DNA of 64,000 nt, taken from the NCBI RefSeq assembly GCF_009914755.1, contig NC_060929.1. The stretch is one strand, 5' to 3'. Below the pieces are notes generated by a model, which saw only the letters and a list, made by a program, of their open reading frames with translations, was not told the DNA's origin and made no database searches. Source of the DNA: the human T2T-CHM13v2.0 reference genome, Homo sapiens. The translations under genes were made by a program, and so were the position numbers. Shown here in pieces: positions 34,583-48,657 of this stretch (within the stretch, counting starts at the first letter, position 1; each line of letters starts with the position of its first letter).

Positions 34583-35519
34583 ACAAATGTATCTTCTTAC
34601 ATAACATTTTCCAGCATCCTACATATATAATCTGAATTAAAGACAAAGTAGATTATTCACATAGAAGCAAAAAAAAAAAAAATGCTGTAGTCTGTTAACA
34701 GTTGATTATCAATGATTGCAAATCATTAAAAAGCTATATTTTATTTTCTCATTAAGATTTAGAATTATTGTCCAAAATATGACTGAAGTTAGGGTTTTTA
34801 AAAGGTAAAATCAAATAATTACTTTAATGTTACATTGTAGAGTTATTGAAATAGCATAGCTTGTGGTTTTTTTATATTATCAAATGTATTTTGTCATATG
34901 TTCAAAGACAGAGGAGGAAGGGGGTGTGTGGAGGGTGAGGTGGAAGAAGGAAGGAGGAGGGGAAGAACAGAAAATAGAGAGGTGATTGGTGATTTCACAT
35001 AAATTTTTATGTTGTATTATAGAACTTTTTAAATTGCTCAGCCTTCTGTCTTACAATGAAGGTAATCATAACTGTAGCAGAATGATAGCTCTGTAATTCA
35101 TACACAAGACAAGGATGCCATACTTCACCTAATCCAAATTATTCTGAAAGACCAGATCTTGCAGTGATTTGCAAATGTGGAAAATACAGTTTTGCTGTTG
35201 GCCTTTCCCTTTGCTATACTCTTCAATAGCTGAACTTCTGGTTGGCACTCAAAAAAAAAAAAAAAAAAAAAAAAAAAACATACATACTGAATGCAAATAA
35301 GACTGCCTTTGAATTTGGAACAAAGAAATAATCCTAACATTGTGACTGACTACTCAATTTAGACCTTTATATCTATTCTCAAGTAAGCATTTGAGACACT
35401 GCAATCTCAACATATTAATAAATAGGTTGAAGCAACATATTTTAAAATAGTTTGACATTTCTAACTATCTGAGTTGTAGCTTTAGGCTTTAGCACAAATT
35501 ACTTAAACATTGAAGTGAT

Positions 35520-36335
35520 CTCTGCTTGTTTTCTAATACACTGTCCAGAGTGATTGTTTAAAACTATAAATCTTATTTTACCTCTCAATTTAAATTATCT
35601 AATAATTTCCCAAGGCAGGATCTCAGCTCACTGCAGCGTCTGCCTCCTGGGCTCAAGCAATCCTCCTACCTCACCCTCCAATCAGCAGGAACCACAGGCA
35701 CGCACCACCACACCCAGCTAATTATTATATTTTTTGTGGAGACGGGGTTTTGTCATATTGGTCAGGCTGGTCTCGAACCCCTGAGCTCAAGCAATCTGCC
35801 CATATTGGCCTCCCAAAGTACTAGGATTATAGGTGTGAACCACAGTGCACAGCACAAATTTCTTATCATTATCTTAACAGAGCCTGCAAGAAAGCTCCAG
35901 GTACATTGTTCTCTCTTGTCCCCTTATGCCAGCCACAGTGACCATCTTCCAGTTCTTCTAAAGTTCCAGGATAACTCGGGTTTCAGAGCCTTGGAATTCT
36001 CTGCTGTTTGCAGATGTGTCTCCATCCCCTTTCTAGCTAACTCCTTATTCACCTGTTAGCCCAAACTTCACTCCCTTAGGGAAGGATACTCTGGACACCC
36101 AGATTAAATCAATTCCTTCTGTCACGTACTCGATGAGGTCCCCATATTTTCTGTCATACCATTTACCGTAGCTTAACTTGAGTGAAGACAGATTAATTAC
36201 CAGTTACACATCACACTATAAGATTCATGAGTATAGGCATGATATCAGTATTATTCACCATTTTACCCTCACAACCTAGCACTGTACTTAGGATCTAGTA
36301 AGTGCTCAAGAAATATTTTTGACTGAATGAATAGA
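35520..36335 (+). mobile_element. L2 fragment interrupted by an AluJ
   Basis: ccagagtgattgtttaaaactataaatct ... actataagattcatgag ... aaatatttttgactgaatgaat. Confidence 0.65.
35612..35853 (-). mobile_element. AluJb lacking its 3' end and tail
   Basis: ctcagctcactgcagc...ctgagctcaagcaatctgcc...tcccaaagtactaggattatagg. Confidence 0.88.
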
Positions 36336-36599
36336 TACATTGTATGGTAGAGATTTTTCTTTTTATATACTGGTGAAAATGAACTATAATCACAAACAAA
36401 AATAACCTTCATTGTTCCATAATTTATATATGTGATTTCAGATATTTCCAAGAGTTGTATCTGGTCACAATGGACATGAGATTAATTTTTCTGAAAATGC
36501 TGGCATCATGTGCCCTTTCTGTGCTCCTTCTTCTCCACCGTACTTAGAATTTTAAAGTAATATTAGAAATTACAGATGAGAAAATGTGATAAGTGGCTT

Positions 36600-37060
36600 A
36601 CTTTGAATTCCCTGACAAGTAAATCCTGAAAAAGGGATTCAAGAGAAAATAGTTCCATGGGAGATGACTCCAGGAAATACTAATAGCAGAGTGAGAAAGT
36701 GAAACAGGAAATGGAGGCAACTTTAATAACACAATAGCAATAACTTAACCCAATGACAAGAGTGTATCATTAAGCAAGTTACCACTTGGGGTTTTGGGAG
36801 CCAAGTAGAAAATGTACCTCAGCCTTGTCCTGACTGCGGGGCAAGGGAGCTGGGTATTTAAATCCTGTCGAGTGCTGCTCCTGAAGGGTGAAAATTTCCT
36901 CATACTTCCAGCCTGCTACTGGCAACAGCAGAGTGGCCTCAGGCTGCCAGAGAAAACACTCAGACAAAGACACATAAATGCTGTCCTTAGAAGTCTACTG
37001 GTGTGGACTGCAATACTAAGAGCTTAGGTGACACGGGCAGAGTGCAGAGTCGGCTACAAT
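36600..37060 (-). mobile_element. ERVL LTR (LTR33-like)
   Basis: gggagatgactccaggaaatac...aagtgaaacagg...caagttaccact...aagggagctgggtattta. Confidence 0.65.
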
Positions 37061-38550
37061 AGGCTTCATAAATAGTTCTCAGTACACTGCACTACATTCT
37101 GATCATCCCAAAGACTGAAGTACTCTATAATCTTGTTTTAATTATGATATTTCTGAGTAAAGTGTTTAATTGTTGGTAGTGTCTTTTGAAATAATATAAA
37201 TAATAAAATTATAATAGGAGTGGGCTGCTATAATTATAGCAATGAGCAGCATTGCTAAATTTATACAGAAACAGGTAGCCCCTAAAAATATTTTGGGAAA
37301 GGAATTACAAAACTATTTAAAGGGTGGCTCTAAAACATGAATTATAAAAATCTTTCCAGGTACATATGAATGCAATTTTTAAAATAATTTGGCCAAGAGT
37401 GAGCCACTTCTTTTGTTCTATTTTCTTTTTCATCTCACATGTTAGAATTGACCAAACTTGGTCTCCAAGAGAATGCAAACAAAACAAAACAAAACAAAAC
37501 GAACATATTGGTCCTAAGGATATAAAATGATCTGAAGTGGAAGAATGTCAGAATAAAGACGCTGGTCATCTTGTGGTGTTTTCATGTAAATGTGATGGAT
37601 ATTTTATAGAACTTGGAATTATTGTACTGGAGTTACTCTAAAGCACTTTACATGACACCATTAACTTTCCACACAAAAATAAACTGCCATAAGGGATTGA
37701 TTTAATGCCTATGAATGAGGATTGCTATCCCTTCATTTTTATGAATAATAAATGAAAATAATATATAAAATTTATGTTGTAATTTTCAACAAAATAGAAT
37801 ATTTTACATATACTTATTTTCTCACAATATCTTTAGATAATATTGCTTCCATTCTAAAGGATTTGGAAACAAGACTATAATGTCAAAAAAAAAGTCTGTT
37901 AAAAAGAATTTAAGAATCTCTAAATTTAAACATGCACTTCCACAACGGAAATGAGTGCTGTAAACAACAACCTGTCATTGCAGTGCTTTCACATTAATTG
38001 CCGCAACTAATTCTCAAAACATTCCATTTTAAAGGTAGGAAACTATGTCTAACATCAAACATCTGGTTATGGCCTCTCCCTCATTCAAAAGAAAGAAAAA
38101 GCCATTAGATAGGAGTTACCTAAATTTCCCACAAATAAATCCAGCAATCTTGTCTCCTTCTACAGTCCTCTTCTCCCTCTTCAAAGTAAAATAAAGAAAC
38201 TAAGCCTCTTCCTGTGGAAGGCCAATGTCTTCACTGGTACTTCAGATCAACTTCTCTTTTGTCTTCTCAGAAGCCCGACATTATCAATTACCCTTATTCC
38301 TTGCCCCAACCACATCAGCTTTTAAATATCTCCATGGCTTCTCAGTATTTCAATTCAAGCAGAATAAAACAAACACAAACAAAAACTACAAAAAATAAAG
38401 GCCCAAAACAGAAAACCTCACCCCTTAAAATTCTTCTACCCCTACCTCTTCACAGCCAAATTTCTTGAACCAGTGGCCAATATTGAGTCTCCATTTCATC
38501 CCCACCCACTTCCTTCTCTATCCCCATTCTCTCCCCTGTTAAGTTTGTAA

Positions 38551-38889
<339 letters not shown>

Positions 38890-39490
38890 CCTTGTAACTT
38901 TTGTACCTGTGGACCGCTCCTTTCTTCCCCTGGCTTCATTGTTTTCTGTTCATTCCTTGTCTTCTTCTTGTATTCTGGCTGTAACTACTCAATTTCTTTC
39001 TCAAATGTATCCTCTTATACCTACATATTAAATACTTCAAGAGCAGGTATTTCTTTCTCCTCTATATGCTTTCTCTCAGCAATTTATTAAGGCCAAAGGC
39101 TTCAATTACTATCTCCATGTATTGACTCCCAAATTTACACCTTCAGGATAGATATCTTTTTGCTTTAAATTAACATATCCTTTTTTTCTTCTATATATCT
39201 CCACTTAACCTGTCCCAAAGTCATCCTTTAACTCTAAATAAATAAACAACAAAAAGCAAAAGCTGAACTTACCATCTTGTCCTCTTTCGGGATTCACTAG
39301 CTTAGTAATTGGCACCACCATCCCTCCAATTTCACAAGCCAGGAACCTAAGAGTCTCTTTTCACCCACCCCTTGTACTTTCTTTCAGCTCTCATACCGAA
39401 TCTTTTCCCCAACTCTATTAACTATGCCTCCTAAATGTATTCCAAATCCATTTATCTCTCCATTTCCAATGCCATCACCCTAGTCAAAGT

Positions 39491-39570
39491 AATATAGTGA
39501 TGTAAAAGTAACTGCAGTTTTTGCCATTAATAGTACGGCAGAAACGGCAATCACTTTTGCACCAACTTAA
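39491..39570. mobile_element. MADE1 (Hsmar1-derived 80-bp palindromic MITE)
   Basis: tgtaaaagtaactgcagtttttgccatt ... ggcagaaacggcaatcacttttgcaccaacttaa followed by TA. Confidence 0.9.
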
Positions 39571-40643
39571 TACTATTTTCCACCCTGCCAATTGACAACC
39601 CCTCTGATGCCTCTAGTCTGATACACTGACAGCTGACAACTCCTCTATTCTGATACAAAAATCTTTTCAGCATATGACCATGCTCTTCTCCTCCTTAAAA
39701 CCCTTTAATATTTACCTATGCGTTTTAGGATAAAATCCCTTGATGTGGGCTACCAGACCCTGCAAGCTCTTCTCCCTGCTTGGTTAATCATCAGGTTTCA
39801 CTCAACCCTTCACACTGAGCTCCAGCCTCTCTGGACTTTCAGCTTCTTGAATACTTTATGTTCTGTTGCCCCAGGTCCTGGGCACTGGCATTTATCTCAC
39901 CTTAGGACACCTCTCCTTGCCTAGGTCTTCCCACTCATTCTTCAAACCTCAGTTCATACCATTAGTTCCTCAGAAAACTCATACCTGCTCATTCACATCT
40001 ACTCTCACATTCTTAAAATGCTCACCCTTCCATTATCTCAAGATTGTTAATTACATGCTTATTTTTATAATTATTTTATTAACATTTGTCTTCTCCCATT
40101 AGACTATGAGTTCAATGAAAGTAGGAAACATGACTGATTTTATTCTCCATGGCCCTTGTGGTATACTAACAATTCCAGCAGTTACTCACTATTTGCTAAA
40201 TATATAAATAGTCATGCCTGGGTCTTGACTTTAATGTGAAACTCTGACTGTTATGTTGTCTGCAGAGACTTCTCCATTGCAGAGAAACCCATCATGTTTA
40301 ATAGATCCATTTGCATTTCTGTAAACCACATACAATGTATTAACAGTCGTATTTAACAACAAAAATAGACTTACTTTGAAAGCTTAATCCTAAAACCTCA
40401 GCTCCTCATGAAATTCTGCCATGTCAAAGAAAAGTATCTACTTTACTATATGTATGTTATTATTGATCCTTTCTTTCACTTGCCAGTTGAACATACTCAT
40501 GGAAAACACTTATTTTCCCAAAGCAAAATAGAAGATTGTACCTGGGAATCTTGTAACTAAGAATAGATGTTCGAGTAATTCAGTTAATAGTGATTCTTCA
40601 GTTGTGGAGACATTTGTTATGTGGGGCACTGTCAGAACTTCTA

Positions 40644-40685
40644 GTCTATAGCCACACCACCCCAAACACGCCCAGTCTCATCTGA
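40644..40685 (+). pseudogene. 5S rRNA 5' fragment (nt 1-42), tailless retropseudogene
   Basis: gtctatagccacaccaccccaaacacgcccagtctcatctga vs 5S GTCTACGGCCATACCACCCTGAACGCGCCCGATCTCGTCTGA, 33/42 by manual count, ungapped, starting at nt 1. Confidence 0.8.
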
Positions 40686-42354
40686 CATGACTTACAGTGA
40701 GAGTGAGTTTTGTAGACAATGCATTGGAAGGAATAAAAAACTGTCAGTTGTCTGTTTTTTTAAACTCTGAACATTCTAGATGGCTTTCTAAATGGCTACA
40801 TTGAGAAAGCAACCTTAGATTTGAGAAAGCTCTAGTTTGAGCAAAAAAAAAATATTACCTTTCTCTCTCTCTCTCATCATGGTAGTGGCTATCTTAGATT
40901 TGATCTGACATCTAATACAGTACTTTACCAAATGACTTTACCTTTACTTATTAAATGTTGCTGCAGTGACACAATTCAGCTGCACCCTTCACCATGCATA
41001 AAAAAATAATCCTGAGCCTCACTTTACTTGATCACTGACCACTCTGGAGACTTCCCACAATAGTCCAAATCTCAGTTATTCTTTATCTTGTGCCCTTGAA
41101 TGCCAAAATGTAAATCAAGCTCACATATATTATCCTGTCTCACTTATAGCTGCTTTACAAGCACAGCATGAAGTCATTGTTCAGCACGGTTTACAGGTAC
41201 AAACACAACTGAAATCAGTACTGGTTAATTTTCTGAGGGTAAGAAGAATATTGAACACGTGAATTGCTACTGAGTATTTTTGCATGCTAAAATATCACTG
41301 CTGTTTTTCATGATATTTTATTCCATACCAAATAAGAATGAAATGCAAGTCTATCTTTTACAGTTTTATACAAAGAAGCAGAGGTCTTATGATAATAAGT
41401 TGATGGTTTCTAGCAACCTGACATGTATTTTCTGTATTTTTCCCTTAAATGTTTTGGGGGTTTTGGAATTTTCTACCTAGAAATAGTCTATAAGTGAGAA
41501 ATGAATTTGTTCCAAGTTGTAGGATTCTGTTTTGTTCTCACTAATGTTTAATTGTAATATTAGAACTTGGTCAGAAACGGTAATATATTATATTTCTTCA
41601 CAAGTATTGGCTGTTGCTAAACTTGGAAATAAACATAAACTAATATATTAATAAAATATACAGCCTGAAGAGCTTGTTAAATTTTAATAATACTATCATT
41701 TATACAGAAAACACAAATATATAAACATTATGCTGTATGATTTACTTAGTAATATAATAAACTAGAAAAATATTTACAAATATTAATATTTACAATAAGG
41801 CTAGAAATGAGAATTTTTAACAGGCCAAATTTCCACAAAGCTTTTATTACTCTTACTGAAAAAGAATGACAATTAACTTTTACAAATGTAATCACTTAAG
41901 CCAAACATGCTTGATCTATTCTACTACCTTAGTTTTGCTGACATTGTAATTTCTAGTTATTATTGTTATTTTGGTTATACATTATCAGTAAGTAGAGAAT
42001 CAACTAAAACTAATGACTGATTTTTTCCCATGGTTGTAGAGCTTAAATTTATGAGTCCCATTAATCTCAATGTCAGAAATCAATAAAATTCTAGTTTTTA
42101 GTCTAGTTAAATGTTTATGTTGATATCCTAAACATTTGCCATATTACTACATGGTGTTAGTAATTCAACTTCCCTGAATAATGTTATTGAACACTAAGGT
42201 ATCATAATTTGGCTATGCCATTGCCCAGCTGCTAGTATTTATATAGCTTGTTCCAGTTTCTTTATTGGGTTGTTTTTCTGTATTAAGGAACACAGAAATT
42301 AATAGTTTTCAGCAAATTACTGTTTAGAAGACTTATATGAATTTGTAACTTTTT

Positions 42355-43005
42355 AAAAGTTAATTTTATTGAGATTAATTTATATATAATAAAGTATACC
42401 AATTTTAATTGTATGAGTCAATAAGTTTTGACAAATGCACACTTCCATATAGCCACCAATACAGAGATAGAAAAGTTTTATCACCTTAGGAAATTCTCTT
42501 GAGCACCTTTGCAGTTAACCCCACTCTCCTCCCCACTCTCTATCCCAAGGCAACCACTTGTCAATGTTCCATCACCACATATTAGTTTGTCCTGTTCTAA
42601 AATGAAATGTAAATGAATCATACAGTATAAGTTTTCATGTCTGTCTTCTTAGGCTCAACATAATATTTTTTGAGATTTGTGCATGTTGTCATATGTATCA
42701 GTAGTTTTTCTTTATTGCTGAATAGTATTCCACTGATGAATTCGTTTACCTCTTCATGTGTTAAAGGACATTTGGGTTCTTTTCACTTTGGGGACACTGG
42801 AGAAGAATAAAGCTGCATTCTTCCACAAGTCTTTTTTGCAGACATAGATTTTCATTTCTCTTGGGCAAATAAGAGTGGAATTGCTGGGTTCTACAGCAGG
42901 TGTATGTTTAATTTTATAACAAACTGCTAAGCCGTTTTCCAAAGTACTTGTAGCATTTTACATTTGAAAAGCAATATACGACAGTTTCAGGTGTCCCGTG
43001 TCCTG
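42355..43005 (-). mobile_element. L1MB/ME-type 3' fragment
   Basis: ttttattgagattaatt...ggcaaccact...ttgctgaatagtattccac...ggacatttgggttc. Confidence 0.8.
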
Positions 43006-43954
43006 TCACTGTTTTGCAGGACTGCAGCACAGTGAGACCATGCAACTTTGTGTCTTGAAGACCAACCCCAAGATTTCTGAATTCAGAAAACAATGAAAAT
43101 AAGAGACTTTTAAATATGAAATCGCAAGGTAATATAAAATCCTTCCCTTTACAGGCCTGACCCCAATATTTGATCACTCAGTAAAATACTCATGTAAGAG
43201 GATTATTTGGGGAAGTGCATTTTCTTTGCATTGAAGCTTTGTCATATGTAAAGCCTTCATACCAGCTCAGAGGTTCAAAGCAGGTTTCTCTTCCTCAAAG
43301 CAAAGATTATCTTTGGTTTGGAAGCTTGCTTTTTTACCTATGCTGACCTAGCCTCAGCAACTGCACGAGGTGAAATGTTCTCCATCTATTGCTTACCTAC
43401 AAATATTTTGTCTCTCTGAAGTAATTTAGTTCTTTTACATTTATTTGTACCTGTGCAACAGAATTTTTACAAAATGGTGTTTTTAAACAAAAGAATGAAA
43501 GGTTTGGTTTATTGGGTAACATCGTTTCAGTGGGAGTGAAGGAAGATCTTTCATGTCTTTTTATGTCCTAATCATAAGCCTAACTCTTGCAAAAATCTTT
43601 TTGCAAATTTTAAGTATCTCTTAAGGATGTACTCCCAGAAGACCATTACTAAGTCAAAAATTATGAATGTTTTTGTGACAATTGCCAAAAAGAATAATAG
43701 ATAATATGATAATAGTATTATCTGTCAAATGAAATACTATGTTCCCTTTCCATAGAATTTGTTACTCTGATTTGAAAAGAACTCAATGAATTTTATTGTA
43801 TCTATTTTGTTGAAATATTTGTGTATTGATCTCAAACTTATTTGCATTATATACTTACCTCCTATCACCACCCATTAATTCAACATTTATTTATTCCAAG
43901 AGCAGTCTAAGTAAGAGAATGACACTTTTCTCACTTTTACAGGCAAAATGAAAT

Positions 43955-44145
43955 AAAGGAGTGTAACTGCTAATGGGCATGGGATTTCTTTTTTCTTTTT
44001 AAAAATGTTCTAAAATTGATTGTCGTGATGGTTATACAACTTTGTGACTACAATAAAAAATCACTGAATCGAAACTTCAAATGAGTGAATCATTTAATAT
44101 ATGGATGTTATCTCAATGAAACTGCTACTTAAAAAAATAAAATAA
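43955..44145 (+). mobile_element. L1MB 3' terminus
   Basis: actgctaatgggcatgggatttct...aaaatgttctaaaattgattgt..tatctcaatgaaactgct. Confidence 0.75.
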
Positions 44146-44294
44146 AAGGAACATTAATGTAAATGAAAATTCTCTGGTATGACTCTAACAACCAAATTCT
44201 TACCCAACTGAAAACCAAAATGTATTTCTTGGGACAACTTCTAAGCACATTGAAAAAAGAGAAAATTGCCTGGCCTCCAAGAACATTATCATAA

Positions 44295-44510
44295 TAAATA
44301 TAACAAGAATATACTAAAGTTTTATTTGATGTCAGGCGCTGAGCTAAATGTTTTAAATGATAATCTCATTTAATCTTTATATCAACTCTTAAAAGTTACT
44401 ATTATTTATTAAATTTTGTGAAGAAGAAAACCAAGATTTAGATCAAAGTGGTAACTGGTAGAGACAAGGTTCCAATCACAGCTTTGTCTGATACAGTTCT
44501 TTTTTTAATC
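44295..44510 (-). mobile_element. MIR
   Basis: gtcaggcgctgagctaaatg...tctcatttaatcttt. Confidence 0.6.
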
Positions 44511-44836
44511 TACTGCTTCCCAACATTAGAGGATACCATCCAAGAAGACACCGTTGCTCCCGACTGTGGCAAAGAAAAAAAAGTCTACACATGCAGATAT
44601 ATATACTTAGAGTCACACAAAGTATAACAAACTTCTGGGGAGCCAAAAAGTAGGATGTACACATCAAATCACCTGACTTTGGTGAAAGCCTAGATGTAGA
44701 AATCATGGAAGCATACATTTAGAATCCTATATTTTGGAGGTTAAGTGGAAACCAGGGAGTGTGATACATTCTCCAGCTTTGAGTTGGCTGTGTTTGTAGT
44801 CATGCGTATGTTCAACATCACTTTAAAACCTTGTAG

Positions 44837-45151
44837 GGCTGGGCACAGTGGCTCATGCATGTAATCCCAGTGCTTCAGAAGGCCAAAGCAAGAGGATCAC
44901 TTGAGACTAGGAGTTCATGAAATCCTGGGTAACATTGTGAGACACAGTGTCTATAAAAAATTAAAAAACAAAATCCGGACACAATGGTTTGTGCCTATAG
45001 TCCTAGCTACTCAGAAGGCTGAGGCAGAAAAATAGCTTAGCCTGGGAGTTTGAGGCTTCAATCAGCTATGACTGCACCACTGCATTCCAGACTGGGTGAC
45101 AGAGTGAGACCCTGTCTCTAAACAAACAAACAAACAAAAAACAAAACAAAA
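44837..45151 (+). mobile_element. AluJ with (CAAA)n tail
   Basis: ggctgggcacagtggctcatg...gagtgagaccctgtctct. Confidence 0.92.
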
Positions 45152-46394
45152 GCCTCATTGATCCTGTGTCCAAACAAAATAGTAATACTTTAGATTCTAT
45201 GACACTTGATAGTCAATGAAGAAGTGTTGTAATTGCTAAGACAACCTATGTCCAGCCTTTTTGGAAATTATAGAATATTAGTCTTGCAAGACATCTTTGA
45301 ACATTTATTTTATAGGTAAGATAGCATCTCCCAGAGAAACTAAGGCAATTTCTTAAGATAAAGCAGGTCTTCAGAAAGAAAGTCAGGGAACTCTCCGGTG
45401 TCTTGAGCCAAGGTCCAGGAATCCTTATAACACATTATATTGATTATTACTGATGAATAAATGTTAGTTCCCTTCTTCTGTCCAGCCCTTAGCAATGCCC
45501 AGCTCTGGCCCAGTGCTCTTGCAAGAAGTTGCCTCCTTGATTTTTGGTACAGCCTGCTCTCTGGTTGCAAACTCTGGGAATAAACTTGGCATTAATCCGG
45601 ACTCTGCTCCTGCCAAGTCCAATTTCATCAAGGAGTAATAAAATACAACAATTCAGATTTTTACTTTAATGTTCAAAGAATACTTCTGGATCATTGACTT
45701 TTGGACAGCCTTTCATCTGTGGGATGCAAATTATTCTAATTACAACAAGTTTACATCATAAAAAAGAAAAGCTGCTTTTATTTTAGAGCAACATCCACTA
45801 AGCAATAATAAATGAAATAAAGTTAAATTTTGCTTGCATTTACTAGTAGTTAGGAATGGATCAAAAATACCAAGGAATTGTGTTTGCCCCTAAGGAAAGC
45901 AGTGGGTGGTTAGGAAACTTTATGGAAGGAGCACTAGAATTTTATACTGTGTGCATTTGTACTGTGTGTACTCAGTAAATGAAAGAAACTACAAAGAAAT
46001 AATGGCATATAAACCTTAGTAAAACAACTTTTCACTGTTGATATTCCACGAATAAACTACTTCTTACAGAAATACAAGTAAACAAACAGTCAAGAACTGA
46101 GATTTGCATCATACATATAAGTAAATTTTCCAGATAACTAACGCTTGCAGTCTCAAGATGCAACACTGTTTATTTTATCTTTCATTCTATAAATATAAAT
46201 TCTAGCCACTTGTGTTTGCCCAGGCACTGAGCTATCCCTGAGCTACAACAGAGAACACAGTCCCTTCCCTTATAGAGTTTTAGTAATGTTAGATGGGATC
46301 ATTATCATTAAAGTTATCTCATTTTTGCATTTTTAAACCAAGAGTAATCAATACATTTATATTGTCTTGATGATTTTTTTCTGAATAGCCACTA

Positions 46395-46622
46395 TTAAAG
46401 TTTATTTTAGTAAACTATATTTTAAATTTATATTATTATATATTTATTTTATTAATATATTTATATTTTTATGTTTATAAAATATAAATTTATGTCTATA
46501 TTTAATTTTTATATTTATAATTTATAAATATAAACTTACATTTTATATAAAATATATTAGATTATGTTTTAAATTTATATTATATTTAAAATATAGTTAT
46601 TAAACTATATTTTAGATTTTAT
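46395..46622. repeat. AT-rich low-complexity tract
   Basis: Almost entirely A/T. Confidence 0.85.
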
Positions 46623-46707
46623 GTTTCTTCCTCCTATAGAAATCCACCAACTTCTATGGCACTGAGGTGCACAGATTGAGCTCTAACGCAGGTTGAGACT
46701 TCTAATC

Positions 46708-47039
46708 CAGGTTGAGTATTCTCTATCCAAAATGCTTGGGACCAGAAGTGTTTCAAATTTCTTTTTTTTTTTTCAGATTTGGAAGTATTTGCATATACAT
46801 AATGAGATATCTTGGGGTTGGGACCCAAGTCCAAACACAAAATTTATTTATGTTTTATATGCACTGTATACATATAGCCTAAAGGTAATTTTATACAATG
46901 TTTTTAGTAATACATGCAACTCATTGTATGAGATCCAGTGTGGAATTTTCCACTTGCGGCAACATGTCAGTGCTCAAACAGATACAGATCTTGAAGCATT
47001 TTGGATTCCAGATTTTTGGGATTAGTGATGCTCAAACTA
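46708..47039 (+). mobile_element. Tigger4b (Zombi)-like non-autonomous DNA transposon
   Basis: TIRs caggttgagtattc... / ...gatgctcaaacta; aaaatgcttgggaccagaagtgtttc. Confidence 0.85.
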
Positions 47040-47306
47040 TACTTTTCATTATTTTGGTTTTTAATCTTTTGCAAGAGGTGAAACCAGGTAAGTTTAGAAG
47101 TTGTATGCTCAATAAGTGAGACTTCAAAGTATGTCTCTTTAAAGAACTTGTATACTTGTGGGGACTCTGGGAAACTTCTTCAGTGATTTGAAGAAAACCT
47201 TGGTTCACATATTTGCAAAGAGTCAAAGTTCTGCCAAATGAAACTACCTACAGTTAACTCCATTCTCTTTATGATGTTAGCAGAAGGAAACACTGATAAC
47301 TGCTGG

Positions 47307-47686
47307 TGTAATAATCTGCTCAGGCTGCCATGACAAAATTTCATAGACAGGATGGCTTAAACAACAGAAATTTATTTTCTCAAGGTCCTAGAGGCCGGAA
47401 AGTCCCAGATCAAGATAAGGCAGTGTCAGTTTCTGGTGAAGACTGTCTTCCTGGCTTGCAGAAGGCTGCCTTTTCACTGTGTCTTCACATGCCAGAAAGA
47501 GAGAGCAAGCTTTCTGGAGTTTTTTCTTATAAAAATGCTAATTTTATCAGATCAGGACCCCACCTTTATGACTTCATTTAACCTTAATTATATCTTCATT
47601 CAACCCCACCTCCAAATATAGTCATAATGAGGTTTAGGGCCTCAAATTATAAATTCTGAGGAGATACAATCATTCATTCCATAATA
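47307..47686 (-). mobile_element. MLT1A-type MaLR LTR
   Basis: ggcttaaacaacagaaatttattttctca; approximate TSD gctgg/ggtgg. Confidence 0.88.
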
Positions 47687-47727
47687 GGTGGTTAAAGCAA
47701 ATTATTATAATAATAATTAGTGGTAAT

Positions 47728-48077
47728 TGCTATGGTTTGAATGTTGGTCCCCTTCTAAACTCAAGTTGAAATTTAATTGCCATTCTAACAATATTAAGAG
47801 GTGGGACCTTTAACAAGTGATTAGGTCATGAGGGTTTCACCCTCATGGGTGGGATTGGTATTGCTATAAAAGGGCAAGTTTACTCCCTTCTTTCTCTCTT
47901 GCCCTTGTACTTTTAACTTTCTGCTGTGGGAGGATACAGCAAGAAGGTCCTCACACAGTGCCAGCCCCTGGATCTTGGACTTTGCAGCATCCAGAATTTT
48001 AAGCCAGTAAACTTCTTTTTATTATAAATTACCGAGTCTCAGATATTCTGTCATAGCAGCAAAAATGGACTATGGCA
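47728..48077 (+). mobile_element. MST-type MaLR LTR
   Basis: tgctatggtttgaatg...gcagcaaaaatggactatggca; TSD gtaat/gtagt. Confidence 0.88.
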
Positions 48078-48657
48078 GTAGTATTAGATAGTGATGTGTA
48101 TAGAAATTCTTTTGCAATATTTATTTAGCATTAGTTAGTGTGTAACTATTTGTAATCAAACTCAGTAATGGCATTTATTCTTTGGCTATCTAAAAAGAAG
48201 ATATCATAGTACTATAGCCTATAGTTAATTTTTAGAATCAGGTGGTAAGATTGTTAAGAAGCTTTCATCTCAAGTTTTCTTTAAAAGTTTATAATGATAG
48301 TTTTTAGGGAGTGCCCGTAATATAGGAGTCATGAAACTAACCAAGTTTAGTGATCCTTCATCTGGAAATTCCTTATATTTCATCTAATGGATCTTTGAGG
48401 TTTTATAGTCCAAAAATAAATGAATCAAGTTAGTGTTTTGTTGTTGTTGTTGTTGCTGCTTACGGGATGATACGATAAACAGAAAATGCCTAATGTTTTT
48501 CTTCATAGAAAATAAATATACATTATGAATATTTTTATTTATATACTACAGTCACCACTAGTCACTTCTCTATAGCATAATACTAGTTGGCTTCAATCAA
48601 CAGATAGCTGAGAGCCTTATGTGCAGTGTATGCTAAACCAACAAAGCACTTACATTT

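Noticed and set aside
35128-35250. Possible minus-strand exon after a T28 tract
   Set aside because: Weak donor (ag|gtgaag) and no recognisable peptide in any frame
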